From Dehalococcoidia bacterium (lineage in GTDB: Bacteria > Chloroflexota > Dehalococcoidia > GIF9 > UBA5629), in assembly GCA_049694415.1 (NCBI GenBank), contig JBAVQV010000021.1, positions 1 to 54,166 of the forward strand: a DNA stretch of 54,166 nt, in the 5' to 3' direction. The notes under the pieces were generated by a model. That model was given only the letters and a program-made list of their open reading frames with translations, ran no database searches and was not told where the DNA came from. Numbering within the stretch: position 1 is the stretch's first letter; each line of letters begins with the position of its first letter. Below are positions 37,750-47,499 of this stretch, piece by piece. A program made the position numbers and the translations under genes.

Positions 37750-38103
37750 ATGAATTCGACGGATGTAGAACCTAGATATGTGATAAGTGTGGCGGCTCGA
37801 ATAGTCGGCATTGAGACGTACACTTTACGATATTATGAAAGCATTGGTCTGGTACAACCCTATCGTTCCAAAGGTAACATTCGCTACTACTCGGAATCCG
37901 ATATTGAACGCCTGCGACACATTAAAAACTTGATGGGCGACCTGGGGATTAATCTGGCCGGAGTGGAAGTGGTAATACGCATGGCCGAGAAAATGGCAGA
38001 GATGCAACACCGGATCAGGGAAATGGAATCTGAGATTGAGCAGTTGAAACAAGTGGAAACGGGAGAAAAAGAGAGGGAAAAGAAGGGAAATAATAATGCC
38101 TAG
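37750..38103 (+). CDS. hspR: MerR-family heat-shock regulator, HspR-like
   Basis: YVISVAARIVGIETYTLRYYESIGLVQPYRSKGNIRYYSESDIERLRHI is a MerR-type HTH. The position after a J-protein and before clpB matches HspR operons. Confidence 0.75.
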   Translation: MNSTDVEPRYVISVAARIVGIETYTLRYYESIGLVQPYRSKGNIRYYSESDIERLRHIKNLMGDLGINLAGVEVVIRMAEKMAEMQHRIREMESEIEQLKQVETGEKEREKKGNNNA

Positions 38104-38377
38104 GGCCAAGACAAAATTGCAACCTGCCAAATGGCAGATTACGGCGACCACTATTCACTGTGATTTGGTAGACGACTTCGTCACTATCATGGTGTACAAA
38201 GATTGGTCAACAAAATGTGTATGGTATAGTCGGTATAAGCAGAAAGCCGTCGAGGACAAAAACTACAAAGTCGATAGGAAGATAAGGCTCAAGATAGAGA
38301 AATGTCAGGGGCCTGAATGCTCCTATGTTACCAGCTATAGAGATAAGCTGGCTAAGGAAGAATTTGGGGAGAAGTAG
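38096..38377 (+). CDS. Hypothetical 93-aa protein with four Cys, translationally coupled to hspR
   Basis: Its ATG overlaps the hspR stop (AATAATGCCTAG). Cys residues lie at positions 22, 41, 70 and 75. No recognisable family. Confidence 0.45.
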   Translation: MPRAKTKLQPAKWQITATTIHCDLVDDFVTIMVYKDWSTKCVWYSRYKQKAVEDKNYKVDRKIRLKIEKCQGPECSYVTSYRDKLAKEEFGEK

Positions 38378-38385
38378 TAGATAAT

Positions 38386-40818
38386 ATGAGACCTGAAAGA
38401 TTTACTGAACAGGCCAGGGAGGTACTGGCCGCTTCGCAGGGTATTGCTAGCCGTTATCACCATGTCCAGTGGGATGTGGAGCATATCTTACTAGCCTTGC
38501 TGGAGCAGAAGGATGGTTTGACCTCGCAGATATTGGATAAGCTGGGTGCCAATGTAGAGGCTATCAAGGCGCGAGTCGAAGATAGCCTGGCGCGTGCTCC
38601 TAAGGCGACCTATGAGTCGGCTCAAATTTATGCTACCCCTAGAATCGCCAGGCTTATGGATAATGTGGCGCATGAGGCCGACCGCCTTAAGGATGATTTC
38701 ATCAGCACCGAGCACCTACTGATTGCTATTGCCGGGGACGACAGAGGGGAGTCAGCCGCAATTTTGAAGGAGTTCGGCATAGACCGTGAGAAAATTTACA
38801 AAGCGCTTCAAGATATCAGAGGTGGTCATCGCGTGGACAGTCCAACCGCTGAGAGCAAGTATCGCTCTCTGGAGAAATATGGACGTGACCTTACCGAGTT
38901 AGCCCGTGAGGGCAAACTTGATCCGGTGATTGGTCGTGATGAGGAAATAAAGCGGGTAATGCAGATATTAACTCGGCGCACTAAGAACAACCCGGTCATT
39001 ATCGGTGAGGCTGGCGTCGGTAAAACGGCCATTGCTGAAGGGCTAGCCCAGAAGATTGCCGCTGGTGACGTACCTGATTCCCTTAAAAATAAAAGGGTCA
39101 TAGGTCTTGATATGGGAGCGCTGGTTGCCGGCAGTAAGTTCCGCGGGGAATTTGAGGAAAGGCTGAAGGCGGTTATGGATGAGGTGCGCCAGGCCAGCGG
39201 TGAGATTATTTTGTTTATAGACGAACTGCATACTGTGGTTGGTGCTGGAGCTGCCGAAGGGGCTATCGATGCCAGCAATATGTTAAAGCCGGCTTTGGCT
39301 CGCGGTGAACTCCGATGCATTGGTGCCACTACTCTCGACGAGTATCGGGAGCATATTGAGAAGGATAAGGCGCTGGAACGCAGGCTGCAGCCACTGTTTA
39401 TTAACGAGCCTAGTGTCGAGGCGACCGTCGAAATGCTGCGCGGGCTGCGCCCCAGATATGAAGCTCATCATAAGATAAAGATTGATGATTCTGCCCTGAC
39501 GGCTGCCGCCAAACTCAGCCAACGTTATATCTCAGACAGATTTTTACCGGATAAGGCGATTGACCTTATCGATGAGGCAGCAAGTAAGCTGCGAATAGAC
39601 ATGGAAAGCAAACCACCGGATATCAAAGAGCTAGACAAGAAGATAAAAAATCTACTGGATGAGGAAGAGTCAGCCTCTCAGCGAGGCGATTACCAAAAAT
39701 CAGCCGAGCTAAAGTCAGAAAGGATGCAGCTCGAGCCGGAGCGTGATGGGAAAGAAGCCGAGTGGCGGCAGGAGAAAAAAATTGATAGCGTTGTTGATGA
39801 GGAGACCATAGCCGAACTGGTTTCTAAATGGACGGGTATACCTGTCTCTCGTATGCTGGAAGGTGACGCTGAGAAGTTAGTTCACATGGAGGAGAGGCTG
39901 CACGAGAGGATTATAAACCAGGAGGAGGCAGTTTCAGCCATATCCGAGGCTATACGGCGGGGACGGGCCGGGCTTAAGGACCCTAAGAGACCGATAGGTA
40001 GCTTTATATTCTTAGGCCCTACCGGTGTTGGCAAGACAGAGCTGGCCAAGGCTCTGACTCAATTCCTTTTTGATGACGAAGATGCCATGATACGGATAGA
40101 CATGTCGGAGTTTATGGAGAAACATACCGTATCACGGTTAATGGGTGCACCGCCGGGATATGTGGGCTATGAGGAGGCAGGGCAACTGACTGAAGCCGTG
40201 CGGAGGCGCCCGTTTCGAGTGATTCTTTTTGATGAGGTTGAGAAGGCGCATCCTGACGTTCTTAAAATTCTGCTCCAGATATTGGAGGATGGTAGGCTGA
40301 CCGATGGTCATGGCAGGACGGTTGACTTTAAAAATACCGTGGTCATAATGACCAGCAACCTGGGCACTGAGATGTTCAAGCGCCAGGCTATCGGCTTCTC
40401 TCGCCAGGAGGAAGATGAGCAGCGGAAGCTTAAAAGTGATATAGAAAAGGAGCTCAAGCAAGCCTTTCGGCCTGAGTTCTTGAACAGGATAGACAATACC
40501 ATAATTTTCCAGCCGCTTACTGAAGAGCACCTGAAGAAGATTGTTGACCTGTTGATTTCAGAGGTGCAGACGCGGCTAGATGACAGGAATATTACATTGG
40601 ATCTGGATGATAAGGCGAGAGCCTGGCTGTTAAAAGAAGGCTATGAGCCGGCGTACGGAGCGCGTCCGCTGAGGCGGGCAATTCAACGCTATGTTGAGAA
40701 TCCTCTATCGAGCCGGATATTGCAGGGCGAAATAAAAGACGGGGAAACGGTGGTTGTTGGCGTCAGTGGTGATGTGTTAAGCTTTAGCACCAAGAAAAAG
40801 GTCAAAGCGGCTAAATAG
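38386..40818 (+). CDS. clpB: AAA+ disaggregase ClpB
   Basis: Clp N domain, two Walker A motifs (GEAGVGKT and GPTGVGKT), a coiled-coil middle domain, and GARPLRR. Confidence 0.95.
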   Translation: MRPERFTEQAREVLAASQGIASRYHHVQWDVEHILLALLEQKDGLTSQILDKLGANVEAIKARVEDSLARAPKATYESAQIYATPRIARLMDNVAHEADRLKDDFISTEHLLIAIAGDDRGESAAILKEFGIDREKIYKALQDIRGGHRVDSPTAESKYRSLEKYGRDLTELAREGKLDPVIGRDEEIKRVMQILTRRTKNNPVIIGEAGVGKTAIAEGLAQKIAAGDVPDSLKNKRVIGLDMGALVAGSKFRGEFEERLKAVMDEVRQASGEIILFIDELHTVVGAGAAEGAIDASNMLKPALARGELRCIGATTLDEYREHIEKDKALERRLQPLFINEPSVEATVEMLRGLRPRYEAHHKIKIDDSALTAAAKLSQRYISDRFLPDKAIDLIDEAASKLRIDMESKPPDIKELDKKIKNLLDEEESASQRGDYQKSAELKSERMQLEPERDGKEAEWRQEKKIDSVVDEETIAELVSKWTGIPVSRMLEGDAEKLVHMEERLHERIINQEEAVSAISEAIRRGRAGLKDPKRPIGSFIFLGPTGVGKTELAKALTQFLFDDEDAMIRIDMSEFMEKHTVSRLMGAPPGYVGYEEAGQLTEAVRRRPFRVILFDEVEKAHPDVLKILLQILEDGRLTDGHGRTVDFKNTVVIMTSNLGTEMFKRQAIGFSRQEEDEQRKLKSDIEKELKQAFRPEFLNRIDNTIIFQPLTEEHLKKIVDLLISEVQTRLDDRNITLDLDDKARAWLLKEGYEPAYGARPLRRAIQRYVENPLSSRILQGEIKDGETVVVGVSGDVLSFSTKKKVKAAK

Positions 40819-40836
40819 ACGGAAAATTTCTGACTG

Positions 40837-41478
40837 ATGGATGCTATAACCACAAAAAAGGAAACCAAGCCTCGGTTATCCATAAAAGACATAACATTTG
40901 GTGGCCTGTCTTTATTGTTCACCGTTATTCTTTGTCTTGTTGCCATCTACTACAAAGATTACCTATTGGGCATGGCGGCCTTAGCCACCTATGGCCTTTT
41001 AGGCATGCTCATAATTGCTTTCCTCGGCGGGAGTTTATTGAGCATGCTAGCCGTACCTGTTCCCTATTGGCTGTTAGTCTTCACATTGCCATCTATCATG
41101 GCACCTAAATTCCAGATAGGAGCACCTATATTGGTAGGTTTAATCTCAGGGTTGGGTGCCAGTATGGGGCAGCTACTCACTTTCATGGTTGGTTGTGGCA
41201 GCAGGGACCTATCTCAGAAACTAGCTTACAGGGTTAATAGGAGCTTTTATGATAGAGCCATGAACCTGGCACAGAAGCACGGTTCGCTGGCTGTCTTTCT
41301 TATGTCAGCCATAATAAATCCTTTTCACCTGCCGATGACTTTTGCCATGGCGTCGCTCCGTTTCCCAAGGTGGAAGTTTTTCCTTTACTCTTTACTGGGC
41401 AATATAGTTAAGAGCTCATTTATAGCATTTTGTGGCTATTTTGGATTGACTTCGTTATTCAGATTTCTGGGAATCTAG
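40837..41478 (+). CDS. VTT/DedA-superfamily (YqaA-like) membrane protein
   Basis: 213 aa, multi-TM. It is paralogous to 42931-43515 (shared GLGASMGQ/GLGEAVGS and AVFLMSAI(I/L)NP... motifs). Confidence 0.55.
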   Translation: MDAITTKKETKPRLSIKDITFGGLSLLFTVILCLVAIYYKDYLLGMAALATYGLLGMLIIAFLGGSLLSMLAVPVPYWLLVFTLPSIMAPKFQIGAPILVGLISGLGASMGQLLTFMVGCGSRDLSQKLAYRVNRSFYDRAMNLAQKHGSLAVFLMSAIINPFHLPMTFAMASLRFPRWKFFLYSLLGNIVKSSFIAFCGYFGLTSLFRFLGI

Positions 41479-41497
41479 AAGGGAATGTAATTACCAA

Positions 41498-42076
41498 GTG
41501 TATATCTTTTTTTTCTGCATGGCTGGAATATCGCTCGGTGTGGTGAGCTGGCAAATAGCCATCTGGTCTGGTGAGACTTGGCAAAAGCACAAAAGATATG
41601 ATGCTGCTGCGGCATGTGCCCGGAAATTCGGCAAACCACTACTGATAGCTGGTGGGCCGTGGAGTAACAGGGGAATTCGCCGGCGACTGAATATACCGGC
41701 GCACGGTGGTGGCGATGTTTGTCTCGACATCGAGCGCCGGGCTTTCGACGGTCACCCTTGTGGGGTGATTGCCGATGTCACTCAAATTCCGTTCTCCAAC
41801 AAAGCATTTGGAGCCGTTTTTGCCAGCCACTTACTGGAACACCTGCCGTCAATTTATTCTGCAAATAAAGCTCTGGATGAGCTTAATAGAGTGGCAGAGG
41901 CAGTCTTTCTCGTTTATCCCTCAAGGCAATCTGTCGGGGCATGGCTTCATAGCGGGCATTATCTCTGGGTTTGGCAGGAGGGTAACGCCATCTATATCAA
42001 GCAGAGGAACAATTCAAGAGGTGAGAAGAGTGCCAAGTATATCATTGCGGATGTGGGCAGTGGAGTGCTTCATTGA
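41498..42076 (+). CDS. Methyltransferase-fold-like protein with N-terminal TM helix
   Basis: VIADVTQIPFSNKAFGAVFASHLLEHLP...ALDELNRVAEAVFLVYP resembles the motif II-IV region of class I SAM methyltransferases. No clear GxGxG motif I is present. Confidence 0.4.
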   Translation: MYIFFFCMAGISLGVVSWQIAIWSGETWQKHKRYDAAAACARKFGKPLLIAGGPWSNRGIRRRLNIPAHGGGDVCLDIERRAFDGHPCGVIADVTQIPFSNKAFGAVFASHLLEHLPSIYSANKALDELNRVAEAVFLVYPSRQSVGAWLHSGHYLWVWQEGNAIYIKQRNNSRGEKSAKYIIADVGSGVLH

Positions 42077-42894
42077 TTAAGCTTCCCTTAAAGGCTGAAA
42101 GTACCAGTGGAGTACCAGACATCACTGTTGCAGACCTGACTTTATGGGAAGATGCCTATCGTTTGGCTGGGGAAATTTTTAAGAGTGAAGAGGAGGCTGG
42201 TGAGTTCGCTAGGCGAGTTTTAGATGTTTGTACTAAAGCCGAAGGCAAGGACTTTCTTATTATTCATAACCCCGGTGGTTGGGGGCACGCCCGACTAGAC
42301 CAATGCTTGGAGTGGGAAAGGGGTATAGTGGTCGGGGTCAAAGCCGTTATAGAAGAAATGGGATATAGTTTCTGGCTGACACAGTATTTCCGTAGTGGCG
42401 TAGGATGGCGGGAAGAGATGCGGGACTTAAGAGAGCAGTTCCGTCTTTTTTCTTCTAAAGCGAATGTAATGGCAGCCTGGCTGCGATTCATCATGACACA
42501 TGTCAAGGGTATCAAGGTCATCTTAATAGGGATAAGTCAAGGGGCTGCCTTTGGCAGCGCAGTTGTGCAGCGACTGGGTGTGCATTACCCCGTATATAGC
42601 ATTGAATTAGGCTTTCCTTTCCAGTATAAATCCTGGCGAGTAATTACCGAAAGGACACTAGCGGTAGAAGGTAATGGGGTCAGGCCTGATGTACTCGTAC
42701 AAGGGAATATGTGGGTTGGGGCTAGAATCCTTATGGCAGCTCCTTTCAAATGGATGTGGTATCGTCTTAGAGGCAAACCGGTGGCGTTCGCGCATTGTGT
42801 CAGTGCCCCCGGTCATGTATATGATTGGGGTAATCCTGAGATTGAGGGGCGAATTCGCATTTTCCTCGAGACTAATTTTGGACGCCAGAGATAG
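42073..42894 (+). CDS. Hypothetical protein with GxSxG elbow (possible alpha/beta hydrolase)
   Basis: 273 aa. LIGISQGAAFG fits a nucleophile-elbow pattern. Its start overlaps the stop of the previous gene by 4 nt. Confidence 0.35.
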   Translation: MIKLPLKAESTSGVPDITVADLTLWEDAYRLAGEIFKSEEEAGEFARRVLDVCTKAEGKDFLIIHNPGGWGHARLDQCLEWERGIVVGVKAVIEEMGYSFWLTQYFRSGVGWREEMRDLREQFRLFSSKANVMAAWLRFIMTHVKGIKVILIGISQGAAFGSAVVQRLGVHYPVYSIELGFPFQYKSWRVITERTLAVEGNGVRPDVLVQGNMWVGARILMAAPFKWMWYRLRGKPVAFAHCVSAPGHVYDWGNPEIEGRIRIFLETNFGRQR

Positions 42895-42930
42895 GTGACG
42901 TAACTAGCCTAAACAGGAAAGTTTTCGAGG

Positions 42931-43515
42931 GTGACGATTTCAGAAAAGACAAAATCAAGAAAAAGAGAATACATTATAGGCGGTTTGGCGTTAGCACTAA
43001 CCGTTGCCACTTGCGTTGTTGTCGTTTTGTTCTGGGATTATGTCGGTCAGGCTCAACACTATGGTTACCTCGGTGCCTTTGTCATTAGCGTTCTGGCTGG
43101 TGCTACAGTTTTTGTACCTATACCGGGTATTTTAGTTGTATTTACCTTGGGCAGCGTGCTAAACCCGGCTCTGGTTGGGATTGTGTCCGGCCTGGGGGAA
43201 GCGGTTGGCAGTATTGGCATTTACTTGAGCGGTTGGGGTGGGCAGAAGGCGGTACAAAACCTTAATCACAAATTAGTTAGCAGGTTTGTTGACTGGATAC
43301 GTCGTCGTGGCGAGATTGCCGTCTTTTTAATGTCAGCTATCCTTAACCCATTATTCTATCCGTTCACAGCCATTGCCGGCATGCTTCGGTTTGGGCTGGT
43401 TAAATTCTTTTTTCTATGCTGGGTAGGCAAGTCGGTAAAAAACACAGCAATTGCTTATCTGGGTTATTTCGGGTTGCGCTCAATATTACGCTGGGTAGGA
43501 GTACTAGGAGGTTAG
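42931..43515 (+). CDS. VTT/DedA-superfamily (YqaA-like) membrane protein, paralog
   Basis: 194 aa with a GTG start. It shares its architecture and motifs with 40837-41478. Confidence 0.55.
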   Translation: MTISEKTKSRKREYIIGGLALALTVATCVVVVLFWDYVGQAQHYGYLGAFVISVLAGATVFVPIPGILVVFTLGSVLNPALVGIVSGLGEAVGSIGIYLSGWGGQKAVQNLNHKLVSRFVDWIRRRGEIAVFLMSAILNPLFYPFTAIAGMLRFGLVKFFFLCWVGKSVKNTAIAYLGYFGLRSILRWVGVLGG

Positions 43516-43522
43516 TTAGTTC

Positions 43523-43774
43523 ATGCCTAAATCTAAAGCTAGACCCAAGCCAACAAAAGCTAAGCTTAAGCCCGAGCCAAGAAGCTGGCGGGTAGCACTT
43601 CTTTTATCTCTTTTCCTTGGCCCATTTGGGGCTGACCGTTTTTATATCGGCCGAACTCGCTCGGCGATTGTTAAACTTGTTACCTTGAGTTGCTTTGGCG
43701 TCTGGTGGCTTACTGACCTTATACTTATCGCCGGTGATTGGCGCCGGGATGCCTGGGGTCGGCCACTTAAATAG
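43523..43774 (+). CDS. TM2-domain protein
   Basis: A basic N-tail followed by LLLSLFLGPFGADRFYIGR...WWLTDLILIA, the TM2 domain pattern. Confidence 0.75.
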   Translation: MPKSKARPKPTKAKLKPEPRSWRVALLLSLFLGPFGADRFYIGRTRSAIVKLVTLSCFGVWWLTDLILIAGDWRRDAWGRPLK

Positions 43775-43820
43775 TAACGTGTTTGAGTTTCGGCGAGCTT
43801 TTTGCTAGACTTTTTGGCGT

Positions 43821-43896
43821 GGGGCTGTAGCTCAATCGGGAGAGCGTTTGACTGGCAGTCAAAAGGTAGTGGGTTCGAATCCCATCAGCTCCACCA
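43821..43896 (+). tRNA. tRNA-Ala (anticodon GGC)
   Basis: 76 nt. The acceptor GGGGCTG/CAGCTCC includes the G3:U70 alanine identity pair. The D arm is GCTC/GAGC, the anticodon stem TTTGA/TCAAA with loop CTGGCAG, and the T loop is GGTTCGAATCC. CCA is encoded. Confidence 0.9.
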
Positions 43897-44094
43897 TTAA
43901 CCCTTCTAAAGCTGATATCAATTCAAATCACCTTTCGACTAGCCATAATTCTTACACGCAGTTAGCTATCCCATTGCACCGTTTGATTAACATGTTTTCA
44001 GATACGGATGCTCGAAGTGGTTACCCCCGTTCGAAGAAAATTACTCCCCATCTCCTATAATTAGGAGAGGGGGCAGGGGGGTGAGGTCATTTTC

Positions 44095-44271
44095 TCAACT
44101 CATAGCTTTGCTATAAGCTTTCTTAGAAACGGAGCTAATCCCTTTGAGTTGCAGATAGCGTTAGGACATACGACATTGGAAATGACCAGGAGATACACAC
44201 AAGCATTAGGATTTGATGATGTGTTTAAGAGGCATGTGGTGGCTAGTCCGGTGGATAGGTTGGTAAGGTAG
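44095..44271 (+). pseudogene. C-terminal fragment of a tyrosine recombinase/integrase
   Basis: Translation is (T)HSFAISFLRNGANPFELQIALGHTTLEMTRRYTQALGFDDVFKRHVVASPVDRLVR*. This covers box II with the catalytic His and Tyr region. There is no N-terminal part and no start codon. Confidence 0.75.
44245..44258 (+). repeat. Integrase-tail core repeat, copy 1 (inside the integrase fragment)
   Basis: Exact 14-mer AGTCCGGTGGATAG. Confidence 0.8.
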
Positions 44272-44458
44272 ATGCCCCATCAATTTGTGCACCAAATGCA
44301 AGAATCTGCGGTTTATGGTAAGGGTATGCCCAATGGGATGAAGAGGGAAAAGTGTGGTGAAATTGTCCTTTGGATATAAGGAGATTTTGAGGATAAGGTG
44401 ACACCGCTCGGAAAGCCCTGCATAATTAAGTCTTAGAAACCATGTGCATATACAATGA

Positions 44459-46420
44459 TTACCTATTTTTTCGATAGTACGTGTCGAAGGTCTTCAAAGC
44501 TTTCCCTACATCTGGTAAATATTGCAGAGCACCTTGTGCTTTTGATAAAGCCAATGAGATTAGCTTCGCATCTGCTGTATCTTGGATTCCTTGCAAATTG
44601 ACGATTATACGTTCCCTCAGAGCGGTATTACCTTTTGCGATTGCACATGCGCCAAATATACATAGTAGGATTGCTGCCTCCTGGACGATATTGCTTGTCC
44701 CTTTCCCGGCAGCGTCCATACCTATCTTCATTATTTGATCAGCAGCATTTATTGGAACATCAAATATACCATTCTCAATACATTTGAGGTTAACCTCAGC
44801 TAACTTCGCCGCAATCTTTGATGCCATGTCATCGTTACCAAGCTCCACAGCTTTGATTTCAATATTGACTAAATGTTTGAACACATCATACATGACCGGT
44901 TTCTGGATATTTTCAGCAGCCTTGATTCCGATATCTCTTATTGCCAGTGGAGCCATTGTTATAGAGTCTTCAAGTCCCTTATCAAAAGAGATTAAAGCAA
45001 AGTTGCTCAGGAAATCCACCATTTGCCTTGTTGGATAGTCAATCTTGTTATCTACACATTTCTCGGCAATGGTACACATATAGTATATAGCCTTAGACAT
45101 GGTACCATCCAAACGTTTAGAAGCCGATGCTCTGCTACGGGCAAGGGGCAATTTAAAGAGTTTGGCATATTCTCTTATTGTACTCTCTACACCCCTCTCA
45201 TTGGCTATCATCACCATTTTATGTATAAGTTCTGCCGATTCTCCAGCGGTATAGCCATTTCCCTCTCCAGCGAAATGTACTCCGAGATTAGCCATATCCA
45301 TGATTGCACTGTCTAATGTACCAGTTAACAAACTTCGCTCTGCGGTCTTGATGCCAATATTACCAATTGAATTCACAACAGACCAGCCTAGGCCCGAGCG
45401 TTTGGTGGCAATCACATGACCAATCATGGCCAAGGCACGTACAGCTTTGCGTTCAACTACAAGGATTCTACCTTCACCTTCTCCTGCCATTTTCCCTATA
45501 TCACATAAGCAGTCTATGACTTTATCTACGTGCTCTAGCTCTTTATTTGCCGCCTTTCTGCCAATTTCCTCCAAATATTCAACTACCAATTCTGATATGT
45601 GGACTAGCTGTTTAGAGGTGGCCTCTTTGCCTATATCCCCCAGGTATGTAACCACATGAAACGGTGCTCTTGGGTCTTCTATGGTGGCTACACCTATATC
45701 ACTTAGTCTTTGGAGTATAGTACAGCCAACATCCTTATCTTCTAACCTTGCTTGCCTATTATTTAAAAAATGGGATTGCATTTCACCATCAATGACATCA
45801 TAATTCTTCGTATTAATAACTTCATGATTTATTTCACGAAATACCCGTATGCCCCTATTAAAAGTATCATAGTCTTTAAGAGCAAATGCGCTCATAATCA
45901 TATTATCTATGGTAGCAATTGTCTCAGGCTCTTCTTTTATGTTGGTATTAAGCTGTTTGACCGCACTTTTCTTTAAAGCAACAAGTATTTGCTCAGGATT
46001 AAGCTTCCTTCCGAAATGGATGAAATAAGGAACCAAAAGAAATAGGCATACTGCAGCAAGGGTAAGAGAAGCCTTAGCGCCATAAATGGTAGGTTGGGCA
46101 AGAACCCAAAAAGGTAGGAAAACAGCTATTATAAAAAGAGAGATGTATGATATTGTAATTCTATCTGAGAAACCGGAGGATATCCGGTAAGAGTAGCGCG
46201 AGAACATCTGTATTATTATTAGTGAAATAGTAAAGACAAGAGCCAGAATGGCAGATAGGGACTGAGCAATGGTCGAGAGTAGGTAGAACATTTGGGTTCT
46301 TTCCTGCACGATGCCATTGGGCGCTATGTTCACGACAGGTGGAATATTCAGTACGGGGCACATCCAGATGCCTACAACTACAACTGCAAGTGGTATGAGT
46401 ACGAACAAGCCCTTGTTCAT
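44459..46420 (-). CDS. Membrane-anchored helical-repeat protein (HEAT/ARM-like), unknown function
   Basis: 653 aa. About 5 N-terminal TM helices precede some 9 degenerate repeats carrying L..IG..A (LSDIGVATIE, LGDIGKEATS, LEEIGRKAAN, LCDIGKMAGE, LAMIGHVIAT, IGNIGIKTAE, IRDIGIKAAE, IMKIGMDAAG). Confidence 0.5.
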   Translation of the reverse strand: MNKGLFVLIPLAVVVVGIWMCPVLNIPPVVNIAPNGIVQERTQMFYLLSTIAQSLSAILALVFTISLIIIQMFSRYSYRISSGFSDRITISYISLFIIAVFLPFWVLAQPTIYGAKASLTLAAVCLFLLVPYFIHFGRKLNPEQILVALKKSAVKQLNTNIKEEPETIATIDNMIMSAFALKDYDTFNRGIRVFREINHEVINTKNYDVIDGEMQSHFLNNRQARLEDKDVGCTILQRLSDIGVATIEDPRAPFHVVTYLGDIGKEATSKQLVHISELVVEYLEEIGRKAANKELEHVDKVIDCLCDIGKMAGEGEGRILVVERKAVRALAMIGHVIATKRSGLGWSVVNSIGNIGIKTAERSLLTGTLDSAIMDMANLGVHFAGEGNGYTAGESAELIHKMVMIANERGVESTIREYAKLFKLPLARSRASASKRLDGTMSKAIYYMCTIAEKCVDNKIDYPTRQMVDFLSNFALISFDKGLEDSITMAPLAIRDIGIKAAENIQKPVMYDVFKHLVNIEIKAVELGNDDMASKIAAKLAEVNLKCIENGIFDVPINAADQIMKIGMDAAGKGTSNIVQEAAILLCIFGACAIAKGNTALRERIIVNLQGIQDTADAKLISLALSKAQGALQYLPDVGKALKTFDTYYRKNR

Positions 46421-46611
46421 CGCCTTGTACTAGAGTGGCTAAAGTACAAATCCAAAGTTTGTCTTTTTTTGCTTTCAGTAAATGCCCCAAGTTATTCTAC
46501 CACTATTTATGCTGGTGTTGATATATATAAGCCTTTCTGACCTTTTGCACTCTCTGACATGGTTACCCAAGTTTAATCCCATATAATCGTGGAGAGTCAT
46601 GAGAAATACGG

Positions 46612-46621
46612 CCGGTGGATA
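46612..46621 (+). repeat. Integrase-tail core repeat, degenerate copy
   Basis: CCGGTGGATA lies within ACGGCCGGTGGATAACATTAG, which resembles the ...AGTCCGGTGGATAGATTGATGCATTAG units. Confidence 0.5.
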
Positions 46622-46717
46622 ACATTAGGATATAGCTTCTTTGTATTTGGACTGATTTTCAGTGGGCAGGTCAGCCGATGTATATGACAATGCCAATTAG
46701 GTACTTTGTAGTATCCT

Positions 46718-47068
46718 CTATGATGTTTTGCTACTCCTTCTCTTCATTATCGTGCCAATCTTTATTCCAACATCATAACTAATGAATGCATACGCTACAA
46801 GAATGGCAATAATTCCAAATATAGGATACCTTGGTAATAGCACGACTGCTAACGCAACAAATCCTAGAAATAGCGCAACATTATCGAAACTGAAGTCGGC
46901 TAAAAATACAGCAATTCTAGAATGCCGAAATAGCATAATTATCAAAAATGATACTAACAGAAAGACTGCTAAGATAATGTCTATTATTTGCCATACTCCA
47001 CTCATTAAAAAGGCAAAAGCAAAAAGAGCTAATGCTATGCCGAGTTGTGTTTTCGCAGACTGAATCAT
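46718..47068 (-). CDS. Hypothetical 4-TM membrane protein
   Basis: 116-aa hydrophobic ORF with the RBS GGAGG upstream of the ATG. Confidence 0.45.
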   Translation of the reverse strand: MIQSAKTQLGIALALFAFAFLMSGVWQIIDIILAVFLLVSFLIIMLFRHSRIAVFLADFSFDNVALFLGFVALAVVLLPRYPIFGIIAILVAYAFISYDVGIKIGTIMKRRSSKTS

Positions 47069-47162
47069 CGCCGACCTCCTAGTATGTATTTATTTATGAA
47101 TATAGTGACCTGCCCCAAGTCATTATAGCACTCAAGACTAACTATACGCCCACATATTTCGT

Positions 47163-47183
47163 AATGGAATACCACTAACGTAT
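47163..47183 (+). repeat. Decayed integrase box-II remnant (pairs with 51667-51687)
   Basis: AATGGAATACCACTAACGTAT against AATGGAATGCCACTAACGTAT (20 of 21). It reads RNGIPLTY, compared with FLRNGANPFEL in the integrase fragment. Confidence 0.55.
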
Positions 47184-47236
47184 CAGGAAAGAGTGTGCTA
47201 GAATATGTTTCAAGCGGCAGTATTTAATTCTGGAGG

Positions 47237-47467
47237 TTGATGATGAATAAAGAAATCATCAAGAAGCTATTGCAGGAGCAGAAGGAAGAGAGACAGCATC
47301 AGCTTAAGTTCATAAGAAACACAAAAGTCTTCTATCAGAAGCTAAAGGATGTGGGGTTTCAGCCATTGGGTTCTCTGTTAAGTTTAATCGCTACTTGGGA
47401 GAAGAACCTATCCATGGTTGAAAAAGAGATTAATGAGCTCGAGCAGGCGCTAAAGGATTATGAGTAA
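47237..47467 (+). CDS. Hypothetical 76-aa coiled-coil protein
   Basis: Charged helical ORF preceded by GGAGG. Confidence 0.35.
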   Translation: MMMNKEIIKKLLQEQKEERQHQLKFIRNTKVFYQKLKDVGFQPLGSLLSLIATWEKNLSMVEKEINELEQALKDYE

Positions 47468-47499
47468 GGAATCCCTGGTCCCTTGTTCTATTTACACAA

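Noticed and set aside
38826-39329. 167-aa ORF on the minus strand inside clpB, with similar cases at 40138-40530 and 39283-39522.
   Set aside because: It is antisense to a very confidently identified gene. Its Ser/Pro/Ala-rich low-complexity translation is typical of shadow frames, and it has no RBS.
43848-44060. 70-aa ORF starting inside the tRNA-Ala gene.
   Set aside because: It overlaps a canonical tRNA, lacks an RBS and runs through non-coding att-proximal sequence.
44046-44073. 11-bp hairpin (CCCCATCTCCT-ataatt-AGGAGAGGGGG, one mismatch) just upstream of the integrase fragment.
   Set aside because: It has no T-tract, so it is not a convincing terminator. It may only mark the truncation point. 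Noted but not called.
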